This document shows, in pieces, positions 40,690 through 51,404 of a stretch of DNA of 64,000 bases. Each line of letters starts with the position of its first letter. The stretch's first letter is position 1. The stretch lies in assembly GCA_963667175.2 (NCBI GenBank), contig CAXXXF010000015.1, positions 384,001 to 448,000 of the forward strand, in the 5' to 3' direction. This DNA is from Candidatus Latescibacterota bacterium. Its GTDB lineage: Bacteria; Latescibacterota; UBA2968; GCA-2709665. Made by a program: the position numbers and the translations under genes. The notes below the pieces were generated by a model that did not search any database, had not been told where the DNA came from, and worked only from the letters and a program-made list of their open reading frames with translations.

Positions 40690-43135
40690 GTGAGCAAGCG
40701 CAGAAAGAGAACCGCCCGCCGTCCCGCAACGCCGCGGTCGCATGCCACCGAAAGCCTCTCCGGCCGCCTCGGTCGCTTCGTCGTCTCGCCGTGGGCGCCG
40801 GTCGCGTTCTTTCTGTTGCTGAGCGTGGTCTACTTCGCCGGATTCGTCTTCACCGACCACGTCATTCTCGGCCAGGACACGGGGAGGGAATTCCACAAGG
40901 GACAGGAACCGTTCCTTGAAAAGCTGGCCAACCTGGCCCCGGCCAACTGGACGCGGTACCTCGGCGGCACACCGGTCACCGGACAGCGCATGTCCCAATA
41001 CTTCCCTCTGGAGATCATCGCCCTGTTTAGCACCCGGCACCGGCTTCTGGGCTGGCGATATTTCTTCGCCATGTTCATGGCCGGCTATTTCATGTACCTC
41101 TGCATCCGCGGCTTCGGCCTGAAGCCGCTCACCGCCTGGCTCACCGGCATCGCGTACGCCTCCGCGCCCGCCCTGCTCACCTTCATCTACGCCGGCCACG
41201 AAGCCAAAATGCTGGTCATCGGCCTTTTCCCACTCATGGTCTGGGGGCTGTACCGCGGCATTGAAACCGGCCGCCTCATCTACTTCCCTCGTACTGGCGG
41301 TCGCGATCGGCGCGGGCATCTATACGCCGCACCTCCAGATGCTCTATTACGCCCTCCTCGGACTCGGCATCCTCTTCGCCGCCAGGCTTGTCAATCTCTT
41401 CTACGGCGAGAGAGACGTCGCGGCCGCCCTCCGCCGCAGCCTGATCGGCGCGGGCGCGGTGTGCCTGGGCCTGGGCATCGGCGCCATGGGCGTGTTCCCC
41501 CAATACTGGTACACGAAGACGGAATCCAGGCGGGCGCTGGGGAACGGGGAGGGCAAAGGCCTCGAATACGCGCAGACCTGGTCGCTGCACCCCGAGGAAA
41601 TCGCCTCTCTGGTCGTCCCTGAGTTCGCGCATTTCGACGACCCGGACCGACGACAGAGAAACTACTGGGGCCGCAATCCCTTTAAACTCAATTCCGAATA
41701 CTTCGGCATCGCCGTGCTCTTCTTCGCCGCCATCGCACTGGGCCGAATTCGCCGCGACCCCCGAATCTGGATCTTCCTTCTGCTCTTTCTCTTCGCCCTG
41801 GCGTTCGCGCTGGGACCCCACACCTTTCTGCATGGATACGCGTACCGCTACGTTCCGGGTATGAACGTGCTGCGGGCGCCGGGGATGATCGCCTTTCTGT
41901 TCGCCTTCCCCGCCTGCGTGCTGGCCGCCATCGGATTGCAGCGGGTCCTCTATGCGACCGGGGACCCGCTCCGGATGCGGCGGAATCTCGCCATCGGCGC
42001 CGGGGTCGCCGTGGTCCTGCTGCTGGGTGTCGCCCTGTCTCCGCAGGGCGCGGTCAATGCCTGGACCGGCGTCTTCTGGTCCGATATCCCGGATTCAAAC
42101 GTCCGGGTCGCGCAGGCGAACGCGCCCAACCTCAGCCGGGGCGCCATGCTCGCCGCTCTGCTCGTGGCGTTGATGGCCATCCTGACGTGGAGGCGCCTGG
42201 GCGGCGGCCTGTCCCCCGCCCTCTACGCGTGCCTTCTGGTTCCCCTGATGCTGTTCGACACCTGGCGGATCGACCGGCAGTTCCTCCGGGTTTTCGATCC
42301 GGCCCTGCAACCGCCCCCGGAACGCGTGTACGGCGGCGTTCTGCGGCACTTCGAGCGGGACCCGGACCTGTACCGCGTGCTGTTCGTCTCGCAGCACTCC
42401 GTGCCCCCTCCACACATGGGCGCAGGCAAGCGGACGATTGTCGACCGGGTCCGCGTGGATTTTCACGAACCCTTTACGATGCTGCGCTACGACCGGATCA
42501 CCGAACCGCGGTACCTCCGTCATTTTCCCATCCTGAGTCTGCTGAATACACGATACGTGGTGACCCGGGAACCGTTTCAGGACGCGCCGGCGTCCGTGGT
42601 GGCCGACGGGCTGCATATCTACAGGAACGACTTCGCGTTGCCATGGTTCTATCTTGCGCCCGGATACCGGATCGAAACCGACGAGGAAGAGATATTGAAA
42701 CTTCTGTCGGACCCGGCATTCAAACCCGATGAAACCGTTATCCTCGAAGCAGAGCCGGACGGTTTTTCGGCCGGTCCTGCGGACACGCTTGCGCAGGACC
42801 GCATCGAGACGGTCGCGTACGACGATCGCACGGGATACATCCAGATCAACGTCAAAACCGGCGGCGCCCGCCTGCTCGTGGTATCCGAAAACTACCATCC
42901 CTTCTGGCACGCGTACGTGGACGGCAAAGAGCAACCGCTGTTCAGGGCCAACTACGTCTGGAAGGCGGTTGGCATCCCCGAGGGCGAACACCGGGTCGAA
43001 CTCCGCTTCCACGATCCCATCGCCTCGGCCTGCCGCTGGATCACCCTCCTCTCCACCCTCTTCGCCATCGCCTGCGCCGCCGCGTGGGTCTGGCGGCAGC
43101 GCGCCGGGAAACCGGCCCCCGCCACGGCGGAGTAG
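40690..43135 (+). pseudogene. YfhO-like polytopic membrane protein (GT-C type), split by a +1 frameshift near 41287
   Basis: ORF 40690- reads YAGHEAK..LIYF, and the TM sequence continues in the 41261-43135 frame (LVLAVAIG...VSENYHPFWHAYVDG...G.HRVELRF). An extra C lies in TACTTCCCTCGTA. Confidence 0.75.
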
Positions 43136-43138
43136 TCC

Positions 43139-44608
43139 ATGGGCGGCAAGTCACCGATCAGAAGGATCGCGGGCAACACCGCGGTCCAGGTCTTCGGACG
43201 GACCATCGAGTTCGCGATCTTCCTGTTCCTCGTCCACTATCTGGACCTGAAGGCGTTCGGCGCGTATTCGTTCATCCTGACCAACCTCATGTTGTGGAGC
43301 GTCCTCACGGACGCGGGCGCGTATAACGTTCTGGTCAGAGAGAGCGCGACCGGCGATGATTCCGATCGACTCCTCGGCAACGCCCTTTCAATCGGACTGA
43401 TCGGATGCGTTGCCGCCGTTCTGACGTCAAACGCCTATCTCTACCTTTCGGGCCAGGGCACGGAAACCCTCATCCCCGCGCTCATCGCCTCGATCACCCT
43501 GTTCGTATCGCCGCGGCTGAACGCCTTTCGCAAGATGCTGCAGGTCCGGTTTCAGGCCGAACTCAGAATGGGATTCGTGGTGGCGTGGAATACCGTCTCC
43601 CACCTTCTGATGGCCGGCCTGCTGGTCGTCGTGGTCCTCGAACAGGGCTATCTGACCGCCGTCTTCTGCGCGCTCATCGCCGCCGAGCTTCTGTCGTTCG
43701 CCGGCCTGTGCCTCACGCACCGGCGTCTTTTCAGGCTTCCCCGGTTCCGGTTCGACGCGCGGATCATAAAGCCTCTGCTGCGGCAGAGCATGCCGCTCAT
43801 GCTGGCCGCGGCGTGCGTCACCGTGCACGACAAGATCGGCGTCATGCTGCTCGAGTCCATCAAGGGCAAAGAGGCCGTGGGCCTCTACAACATGGCGGCA
43901 CGGATCCCGGACAGCCTCCCCTTCCTCGCCACGATATTCACCGCCAACGTGTTCCCCGTGATGGTGAGACAAAGGGAGACGGATCCGGTTGCCTTCGACA
44001 GAATCTACCAGCGCAGCGCGCGGTACCTGCTGCTCTTTATCATCCCCGTCGCCGGGTTCTGCACCCTTGCCTCGGGCAGCGTCCTGAACCTGCTCTTCCC
44101 GGGGCGGATTCCGGCGGACATGTTCGCTCACGCCAGCGGCGCGCTCGTCCTGCTCATCTGGGCCATGGTCTTCAAGTACATGGGCGCGGCATTCAGCTAT
44201 CTGATCGTGGCCGTGGGCGAGGAAAAGCGCCGGCTTTACTGCCTGGGCGCGGCGGCGCTGCTTGGCGTTCTTCTGAACGTCGCCCTCATCCCCGGCCACC
44301 ACGTCCTCGGATCGGCAATGGCCGTGCTGATCGGGTCCATCGCGTATCCGGTGGCGGGGCTGTGCATCCCGCCGCTGCGGAAGTACGCCGCCATGCTTGG
44401 CGCGGCCGCCGTCAAACCGCTGCTGGCAACCGTTCTGACGGCGGCCTGCGTCGCGCTCGTCACCAATCACCTCATCTTCGCGGCCCTGGTGGGCTTGCCC
44501 GTCTACGGCGCGCTGATCCTGCTTTTCAAAGGCGTTACGCGGGAGGACGTGGCCCTGCTCAAGGAACTGCGGGAAAAAACCGGGGAGACGGGAGAGCAGA
44601 CAGCTTGA
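43139..44608 (+). CDS. Wzx-type oligosaccharide flippase
   Basis: About 12-14 TM segments, N-terminal I.GN, FG.YS, VGLYN.A, LN..LIP..G.A.A. Confidence 0.85.
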   Translation: MGGKSPIRRIAGNTAVQVFGRTIEFAIFLFLVHYLDLKAFGAYSFILTNLMLWSVLTDAGAYNVLVRESATGDDSDRLLGNALSIGLIGCVAAVLTSNAYLYLSGQGTETLIPALIASITLFVSPRLNAFRKMLQVRFQAELRMGFVVAWNTVSHLLMAGLLVVVVLEQGYLTAVFCALIAAELLSFAGLCLTHRRLFRLPRFRFDARIIKPLLRQSMPLMLAAACVTVHDKIGVMLLESIKGKEAVGLYNMAARIPDSLPFLATIFTANVFPVMVRQRETDPVAFDRIYQRSARYLLLFIIPVAGFCTLASGSVLNLLFPGRIPADMFAHASGALVLLIWAMVFKYMGAAFSYLIVAVGEEKRRLYCLGAAALLGVLLNVALIPGHHVLGSAMAVLIGSIAYPVAGLCIPPLRKYAAMLGAAAVKPLLATVLTAACVALVTNHLIFAALVGLPVYGALILLFKGVTREDVALLKELREKTGETGEQTA

Positions 44609-44786
44609 AGCAAAGGGCGAAAACCAGCTCACACAAAGACGCGAAGACACAAAGAAAACCAAAGGCGAACCACCCACCCCGCAGACCTCTCCCCCCGGCC
44701 TGCCTGCGCCGAGTTCTGCTCGGCAGGCAGGCCGGGGGGAGAGGGGGAGAAAACCAGGCGTACATCAAGTGATACAAGGAGAAACT

Positions 44787-45515
44787 ATGGAATCTATTTC
44801 ATCCGCACTTCCCCCGGCGGACCCCGTTGCCGATGCGTTCAGTCGCGACGGGTTCTACATTGCGAAGGGGCTCTATCGCCCACAGGAGATGCTGGACTGG
44901 AAGGCGCGCGTTCTCCAGATCCTCGAGGCGGGCGGTCACGTCAGCAAGGACCCGAAGGGAAGCGGTGTGCACGTCTTCATGGCGGACGCGCTGGACCCGT
45001 TTTTCGGGGAACGCATGCGGGACGCGTGCGTGGCCGGGATTCTCAACCGGATCATCGGTCCGAACGTGGAGTTTCTGAGTGTGAAGTCGGTCTACAAGAA
45101 CAAATTCACCACGTTCGGATCGCCCTGGCACCAGGACTGGCACTACTGGAAGGGCGAGACCAAGATATCCGTGTGGATCGCGCTGGACGACGCCACGCCC
45201 GAGAACGGCTGTCTGAAAATGATCGCCGGCAGCCACGTCAAGCGATTCAAAGTAAAACAGGTCAGGGCGGACAACGGTTTCGGGTGGCGCATCGGAAACG
45301 AGGAGATCGCCGGGCTGCCCGAGACCACGCTCGCCGTGAACCGGGGCGACGCGGTCTTCTTTCACGATCAGACCCTGCACAGTTCCCATCCGAACACCAC
45401 GGGCGCGGACCGCTGGAGCTTCATTTCCACGTATCGGGACGCGTCCGTGCCGGACGAGTCAACGGTCTGGAAACATCCGATGGTTGTCACCGGCAAAAGC
45501 GTGAACGCGGGCTGA
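44787..45515 (+). CDS. Phytanoyl-CoA dioxygenase-family 2OG-Fe(II) oxygenase
   Basis: WHQDW, VWIALDDATPENGCL, GSH, LHSS.PN. AGGAG RBS. Confidence 0.9.
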   Translation: MESISSALPPADPVADAFSRDGFYIAKGLYRPQEMLDWKARVLQILEAGGHVSKDPKGSGVHVFMADALDPFFGERMRDACVAGILNRIIGPNVEFLSVKSVYKNKFTTFGSPWHQDWHYWKGETKISVWIALDDATPENGCLKMIAGSHVKRFKVKQVRADNGFGWRIGNEEIAGLPETTLAVNRGDAVFFHDQTLHSSHPNTTGADRWSFISTYRDASVPDESTVWKHPMVVTGKSVNAG

Positions 45516-45575
45516 ACCGGACCCCGATTGAGGACAGCGAGGCGGGCAGGCCCCACCCTTACAGTGAATTCCCGA

Positions 45576-48383
45576 ATGCCCAGTCCCCGAAATCTCATTG
45601 CGATCCTCAAGCGCCATGCGATGCCGCCGGCCGCCCGGTCGTTTCCCGTCGACCTGGGTCTCGCGGCCGGTTTTTTCTGCGCGTGGCTGGCGCTGTGCGG
45701 CTTTTCGCCCGTGGTCGCGGCGGCCATGGACGAGTTGCGCCTGGCCGTGAGGACCGGACCCTACCGCCTCCAATGGCCTCCGTATGGTCCAGCGGTTGTC
45801 GGCATCGCGGGGCTGGTCCTGGCGTGGGTCCGCCATCGGACGCCCTCTCTACGCCCGCGCCTCCACGAACGCCTGCAACGCGCCACGTTGCTGGCCGCCG
45901 CGCTTCTGGCCCTGCGCCTTCTCGCCCTCTTCGATCCGCTCGTCTACGTCTTTCCCTTCCTGACCATCCTCTGGTCCCCCCACGCGCTGTGGGCCGTTGC
46001 GCTGGTCTTCCTCGGATACGTGCATCTGCCACTCACGCGCGCGTCCTGGTCCCCTCGAAAGACGTATGTCGCGGCGGGTATCCTCTTCGCCGTATGCCTG
46101 CTGATTTATACGCTCTACGCGCTCTACTTCTGCCAGGTTACCATGCTCCACAGCGACGAGGGCCAGTACCTGCGGGTCACGCAGAGCCTCCTGCGCGACG
46201 GGGACATGGACCTCGCCAACAACCTCGATATCGAACAGATCAAAGAATTCCACGTCACGGACTTCGGACTTAACAACACCCCTGCTGCGCCTGAGGGTAG
46301 AATTTACTCGAAGCATCCCATCGGACTCTCCATCGCCCTCGTGCCTGCCTACTGGTGGGGGCTGGAAGCGTGGGGAAACCCCCGATTGGGAACGGCACTC
46401 TTCATTGCGGTGATTGCCGGCGTCTGCGTCCCCCTCCTTTTTCTCTATCTGACGTCTTCAGGCGCCGCGCCCTGGGCGGCGCTTCTCGCCGTCAGCACGA
46501 TGGCCGGAACCGGACCCTGCCTGTATTACTCGAACCAGCTGTACCCCGAATTTCCCGCGATGATGATTGTGCTGACCGTCTTGTTGGCCCTGGTCCACCT
46601 GCAGATCCCCAACGGCGCCTACCGCTCCCTGGGGCGCTGGGAGACGCCTCTTCTGGGACTGCTGACTCTCCTGCTCTGTTGCCTGCCCTTCTTGCATCCG
46701 CGAATCGCGCCGTTGGGACTTTGCTGTGGTGTTCTGGTGCTGCTGCAGGCCTGGTTCAGCCCAAGGCGGTGGTTCGCACTGTGTCTGATCGGCATGTTCG
46801 TTGCCGGCGGGCTGTATGCCGTTTTCCGCTACCACTATGCCTTGAGCGAGGACTGGCTGGGTCCGCTCCGCCCGGGAATCGGGCCCTGGGGCGAGGACCC
46901 TTTCGGTGTCGCCACGTGGAAGGATTCACTTCCTGGCCTTTGGCTTCAAAGCAGTGACGGAATCCTCGAAACGTCGCCCATCTTCTTTTTCTCACTGCCG
47001 GGATTGCTGATTCTCGCGCGCGTTCGTGACCGGCGCGTCATCGTCTCAACGTTGCTCTTTGGCGCCACGGCCGGCGTCTTCGGCCTTCACACGATTTGGG
47101 AAACCGGGTACGTCTTTCCCGGGCGATTTATGGTCATCGCGATTCCTGCCGTGGTGATCTGGCTCTCCTGGGGATGGCCGGTGGTACTGCGCCGGGCAAC
47201 GACCGGTTTTCTGGCGGCGCTATCGCTTGTCTTGAGCATTGAAAGCGTAACTCATACGCTTGCGCTTCCTGAATTGGGATTTAACGGAATGAACCTGCTC
47301 GGCCGATCCATCAATCGCTTCTATCCCCTGCATTCTCATTTTTTCACGCAAGGGGAGAAAGGATTCCCGTTTCCTGACCTGATTTTCTGGAGCATTCTGG
47401 CAACCGCGCTGGTGTGCCGGCCCCGGTCTGTCTGGTTCCGAACGTCCTTGATTGCCGCGGCATCCCTTGCGCCGTTCTTCTGGAGCCGGACAGACGTATC
47501 AGCTTCTCGTTGGGAGAGATCCCGCTCGCCGTATATGACCGTTCTTTCGCGCGAGGTTGCTCCGATGATCTTCGAATTCGACGTCCCGCGGACGGCGGTT
47601 GACGGAAGCGCCCCAGATCCGGAATGGAGGCTGCGGGCGCGGCCCGGGCATACCGCGGTTGGGAAGGTGGACGAATCGCGGTTGTCCGCACCGTTGCTGC
47701 GCGCCACCTATCCCGGCGTCTACAGGTTGAATTTTCAGGGCCTGCGCGTCGATGCGCAACCCGACGGGATCGCAGGCCACCTCACCCGGTCGGAGCGCTA
47801 CACAGTAAAGGCTGTTTCCAACTGGCGCACGTCGACAAACTTTCCGCTCATTGGCGGTCGGATCGACGGAGACCACTCGCTGACCTTCCGCGTCGATCGG
47901 CCGCTCTTCTGTGACGTCTCCGCCTCCTACACGGGAACGGGTGAACTCGCGCTCGATCGTATTCGCGCCGCCTACGTTGCATTTCCGCATTTGCCTGAGC
48001 CGGAAACGTTGGAGATTGAGCGCGTATCTTATGCAGCGCGTGAGCGCCCCATCCGCGCCGTCCACCGGGTTCCCAACCTGCAGGCAGGCCAATATCGACT
48101 CCGCTTCAACCTCAAGGGGTCGACCTTCGCCCGCTTCTTCGAGCGCTTCCCGGAACCGATCAAAACAGCCGTCTACACCCTGCCGCCACCGGCGCGTCCC
48201 GTGGTCGAGGGCGCGCACCCCCCCTGGTGGCTGTCGATCCCCTTCGCCGGCGGCGAGGCCTGTGAGTTGCGTTTCGTTCTGGACAAGACCCAGGATATCC
48301 ATGTGCTGCTGCAATACGACGGAAAGGCCGATCTGGATCTGACGGAGATTGTACTGTATCGTGAGACCTACAAACGTCAGTGA
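45576..48383 (+). CDS. Large membrane protein, GT-C-like N-terminal half plus periplasmic beta domain
   Basis: SDEGQYL..TQSL..DGD.DL.NN, S.HPIGL, YPE, PGRF motifs. Start uncertain. Confidence 0.65.
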   Translation: MPSPRNLIAILKRHAMPPAARSFPVDLGLAAGFFCAWLALCGFSPVVAAAMDELRLAVRTGPYRLQWPPYGPAVVGIAGLVLAWVRHRTPSLRPRLHERLQRATLLAAALLALRLLALFDPLVYVFPFLTILWSPHALWAVALVFLGYVHLPLTRASWSPRKTYVAAGILFAVCLLIYTLYALYFCQVTMLHSDEGQYLRVTQSLLRDGDMDLANNLDIEQIKEFHVTDFGLNNTPAAPEGRIYSKHPIGLSIALVPAYWWGLEAWGNPRLGTALFIAVIAGVCVPLLFLYLTSSGAAPWAALLAVSTMAGTGPCLYYSNQLYPEFPAMMIVLTVLLALVHLQIPNGAYRSLGRWETPLLGLLTLLLCCLPFLHPRIAPLGLCCGVLVLLQAWFSPRRWFALCLIGMFVAGGLYAVFRYHYALSEDWLGPLRPGIGPWGEDPFGVATWKDSLPGLWLQSSDGILETSPIFFFSLPGLLILARVRDRRVIVSTLLFGATAGVFGLHTIWETGYVFPGRFMVIAIPAVVIWLSWGWPVVLRRATTGFLAALSLVLSIESVTHTLALPELGFNGMNLLGRSINRFYPLHSHFFTQGEKGFPFPDLIFWSILATALVCRPRSVWFRTSLIAAASLAPFFWSRTDVSASRWERSRSPYMTVLSREVAPMIFEFDVPRTAVDGSAPDPEWRLRARPGHTAVGKVDESRLSAPLLRATYPGVYRLNFQGLRVDAQPDGIAGHLTRSERYTVKAVSNWRTSTNFPLIGGRIDGDHSLTFRVDRPLFCDVSASYTGTGELALDRIRAAYVAFPHLPEPETLEIERVSYAARERPIRAVHRVPNLQAGQYRLRFNLKGSTFARFFERFPEPIKTAVYTLPPPARPVVEGAHPPWWLSIPFAGGEACELRFVLDKTQDIHVLLQYDGKADLDLTEIVLYRETYKRQ

Positions 48384-48676
48384 CGCGGCCCACCGCCGGA
48401 CAGAAAGGCAGGCAGACAGGAATGTCTGCCCCACCCTCAATCCGGCTTCCTCAGGATGAGAATCTGGCTGGATAGTCCGATCGTAGGGGCAGGTTTCAAA
48501 CCTGCCCGCCGCTCCCTCTATCTGTATTCCGACAGCAGAACGATGATGCAGGCAGGCCACACCCGCACAACGCCAGGGAACACGTGGAACCGATAATTCA
48601 TTGACAAGAAAGCTTGGAACGGGGTATTTTGCGTAGACGTGAAGTGCAGGCGGCAAGCGGAGACACACGAGCGAAT

Positions 48677-51403
48677 ATGCCGGTGACAAAACCCGACAGG
48701 AAGATGCATACGAAGTTGCGCAGGACCGTGGTGGTGGAAGGCCGGTACGCGCGGCGATGGCATCAGACCCAGGCGGCCATTGACGGCAAGCAGGGATTGC
48801 TCGTTGTTTCGATGGAGGAGCTTGCGGCCCGTCTTGCCGGTGGATTCCTCCGGTCCATCCGGGCCGACTCCCTGAAAGCCGGTGTAAGGGAAGCCGCCGC
48901 CGCGGGGTCGCTGGGCGCACTGAACCCGATCAAGGACCTGCCCGGGTTCCAGCGCGCCGCCGCGGCCAGCCTGTCCAAAGTGTGGCGGGCCGGTCTCACG
49001 CTGGATGGGAGCGGCGCGCCCGCCGCCGGCTCTCTGAAGGTCCTCGAGCGGGACGTGCGTTCCAGACTGCCGAAGAATCAACTCCCGGCCGGCGAACTGG
49101 CGAAAGCGGCGCTCGAGCGCGTGAGGTACGCTCCTCTGCTGTTCGGCCGCATCGAGATCCATGGGCGCACCGAATTGTCGCCGGTGTGGAGAAAACTCCT
49201 GCTGCGGCTCAGCAGGGAAACCGACGTGGTCTGGGCGGCGGGCGCCAGGGCGACGCCGGACTGGTTGGCCGGATCGGATATTCTGGTGACGAGGTCACCC
49301 CCGTCGGAACCCTGTCTCCGCGCGGTGTCCTGCGCGACCCCGCGTCACGAAATCCAGGAAGCCCTTCGGTGGGCCCGGAAGCGCCTCGCGGAGGGAATTC
49401 CCGCCCACGAGATCGCAATTGCCGCGGCGTCTCCTGCGACGTGGGACGATCACTTGATGGCCCTGGCACAGTCCGCGAAGCTGCCGGTCCACTTCATCCA
49501 TGGCCGGCCCGCGCTGTCCGTCCGCGAAGGTCAGCTGGCCGCGTCGCTCGCCGAAATCCTCCTGCGCGGGCTGTCGCGGAGTCGCATGGTCCGCTTCGTA
49601 AGGTTGCTGAGTTCGCTTCGCGAGCGTTTCCGCCCATTGGAAGGCGAATGGTGGAAACACCTGCCGCAGGACGCCCCGCTGCTGTCAAGTCTCCGCTGGA
49701 AGGACGCCATCGCCGGATTGACCCCGGAATCCTTTGCCGACGGCGTGGACCGCCGACCCCTGCTGTTGGATATCATCGAGGCCCTGCGACCCGGGCTGGC
49801 TGGCGCGGAGGAGACAGGCGGGGAACTCTTCCGCAGGGAAACACCTGAAGACACGGAAAAGACGCTGGAAATCTGGCAGAAGGCCCTGGAGGAAGGACCG
49901 CCGGCCGCCCTGGACGTGACGCTTGCAGGCCTCCGGGTTCAAGACGATGAAGAGCCGGGCGGGGCCATCGTCTGGGGACCGGCGTCGGCCATTGCCGCGG
50001 CGCCCCGCCCCTTCTGCTGGCTGGTCGGCCTGACGTCGCGCTCCTGGCCCAGGCGCGCCGGCGAGGACCCGCTGCTCCCCAATCACGTCGTGCCGCAGAA
50101 CCAGCTGGATCCGCTGCCCATCCACGAATCGGACCGCCGCGACTTCAGATCAATCTGCGCGATGGCCGACCGGCAGGTGGTCTGCTCCCGCGCTCGGCGG
50201 GACAGCGAAGGGCGGCTCATCGGCGTCTCGCCGCTGTACCCGCGGGAAATCGAGGGGGAACGTCTCGCGCAGAGCCGCGTCCCCGAACACGCCGCGAGCG
50301 AAGACGATCGTCTGATGTCCAGACCCGGTGAATTCGAGTCGCTGCCGCTTGCCCGTTCCGCCGCGCAGACCTGGATAGATTGGCGCAGCGAGAAGCTTAC
50401 CCCGCACGACGGGATGATCAGGCCCGGGCATCCCCTGCTGCTGCGTGCGCTCGACATGACGCAATCCGCCACGTCGCTGGCCAGGCTGCTCCGCGATCCC
50501 CTGGGCTATCTGTGGACCTATGGCTTTGGCTGGAGCGCGCCCGAGGAAACGGAGGAACCGCTCACGCTGGACGCGCTCGCGTTCGGGGCGTTGCTGCACG
50601 AGTTCCTCGAGAACGCGGTAACCCGTCTGGAGGGCGCCGAATCCGGAGGAATCGCGGGGGCATCCCGTGACAGGATTATACCTGCTGTAGAGATGGCCGC
50701 GTTCTCGGTTGCGGAACGATGGAGCGCCACGCGGCCTGTGCCCCCGCCCCTCATCTGGCAGAGAAAGTGTGAAGAGGCGCGGGAACTGGCCGTGGCGGCA
50801 TTGACGCGAGACGAAATCCCGCTGCCCGGGCAGCGCACCTGGTCGGAAGTTCCGTTCGGCAGCAAAGGCCGCGCAAGAGAATCCCGTGAAGCCGCGCGCA
50901 CCGGTCTTCCCTGGGACCCATCCGCGCCGGTTACCATTGACGGCACGCAGATTCGCATCGAGGGCTACATCGACCGGCTCGACCTCTCGGGCGACCGGCG
51001 CCATGCCCGTGTAACCGACTACAAATCGGGGAGAGCTCCGAAGAAATCTCCTCAGGTGCAGGGCGGCGCCGAATTACAGCGATGCCTGTACGCCTTCGCC
51101 GTGAAGACGCTCATCGAGACGCGGCCCGAAGTGGAGGCTTGTCTGGTCTATCCGCGCGGCGACGAACAGGCCATGGTCCTCGACGACACGGAGGAAACCC
51201 TCGCCGAACTCGCGACGTACCTCAATGCGGCCAGGTCCCATTTCACGGACGGCAGGACGCCAAACGGGCCCGCCGCGGAGGAGCGGTGGTACGCATTGGC
51301 CTTCGCGCTTCCCGCGGGCGGGAAGAACCGCTATCTGAACGTCAAACGACCGCTGGCCGAGCGGGCGCTGTCCCCCCTGCCGGTCCTGTGGGAGGCGCCC
51401 TGA
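48677..51403 (+). CDS. AddB-like protein with C-terminal PD-(D/E)XK nuclease
   Basis: FG.LLHEFLE, SEVPFG, G.IDRLD, TDYKSG, LQ..LY. No Walker A or Fe-S Cys cluster seen. The start may be 48704. Confidence 0.8.
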   Translation: MPVTKPDRKMHTKLRRTVVVEGRYARRWHQTQAAIDGKQGLLVVSMEELAARLAGGFLRSIRADSLKAGVREAAAAGSLGALNPIKDLPGFQRAAAASLSKVWRAGLTLDGSGAPAAGSLKVLERDVRSRLPKNQLPAGELAKAALERVRYAPLLFGRIEIHGRTELSPVWRKLLLRLSRETDVVWAAGARATPDWLAGSDILVTRSPPSEPCLRAVSCATPRHEIQEALRWARKRLAEGIPAHEIAIAAASPATWDDHLMALAQSAKLPVHFIHGRPALSVREGQLAASLAEILLRGLSRSRMVRFVRLLSSLRERFRPLEGEWWKHLPQDAPLLSSLRWKDAIAGLTPESFADGVDRRPLLLDIIEALRPGLAGAEETGGELFRRETPEDTEKTLEIWQKALEEGPPAALDVTLAGLRVQDDEEPGGAIVWGPASAIAAAPRPFCWLVGLTSRSWPRRAGEDPLLPNHVVPQNQLDPLPIHESDRRDFRSICAMADRQVVCSRARRDSEGRLIGVSPLYPREIEGERLAQSRVPEHAASEDDRLMSRPGEFESLPLARSAAQTWIDWRSEKLTPHDGMIRPGHPLLLRALDMTQSATSLARLLRDPLGYLWTYGFGWSAPEETEEPLTLDALAFGALLHEFLENAVTRLEGAESGGIAGASRDRIIPAVEMAAFSVAERWSATRPVPPPLIWQRKCEEARELAVAALTRDEIPLPGQRTWSEVPFGSKGRARESREAARTGLPWDPSAPVTIDGTQIRIEGYIDRLDLSGDRRHARVTDYKSGRAPKKSPQVQGGAELQRCLYAFAVKTLIETRPEVEACLVYPRGDEQAMVLDDTEETLAELATYLNAARSHFTDGRTPNGPAAEERWYALAFALPAGGKNRYLNVKRPLAERALSPLPVLWEAP

Positions 51404-51404
51404 G

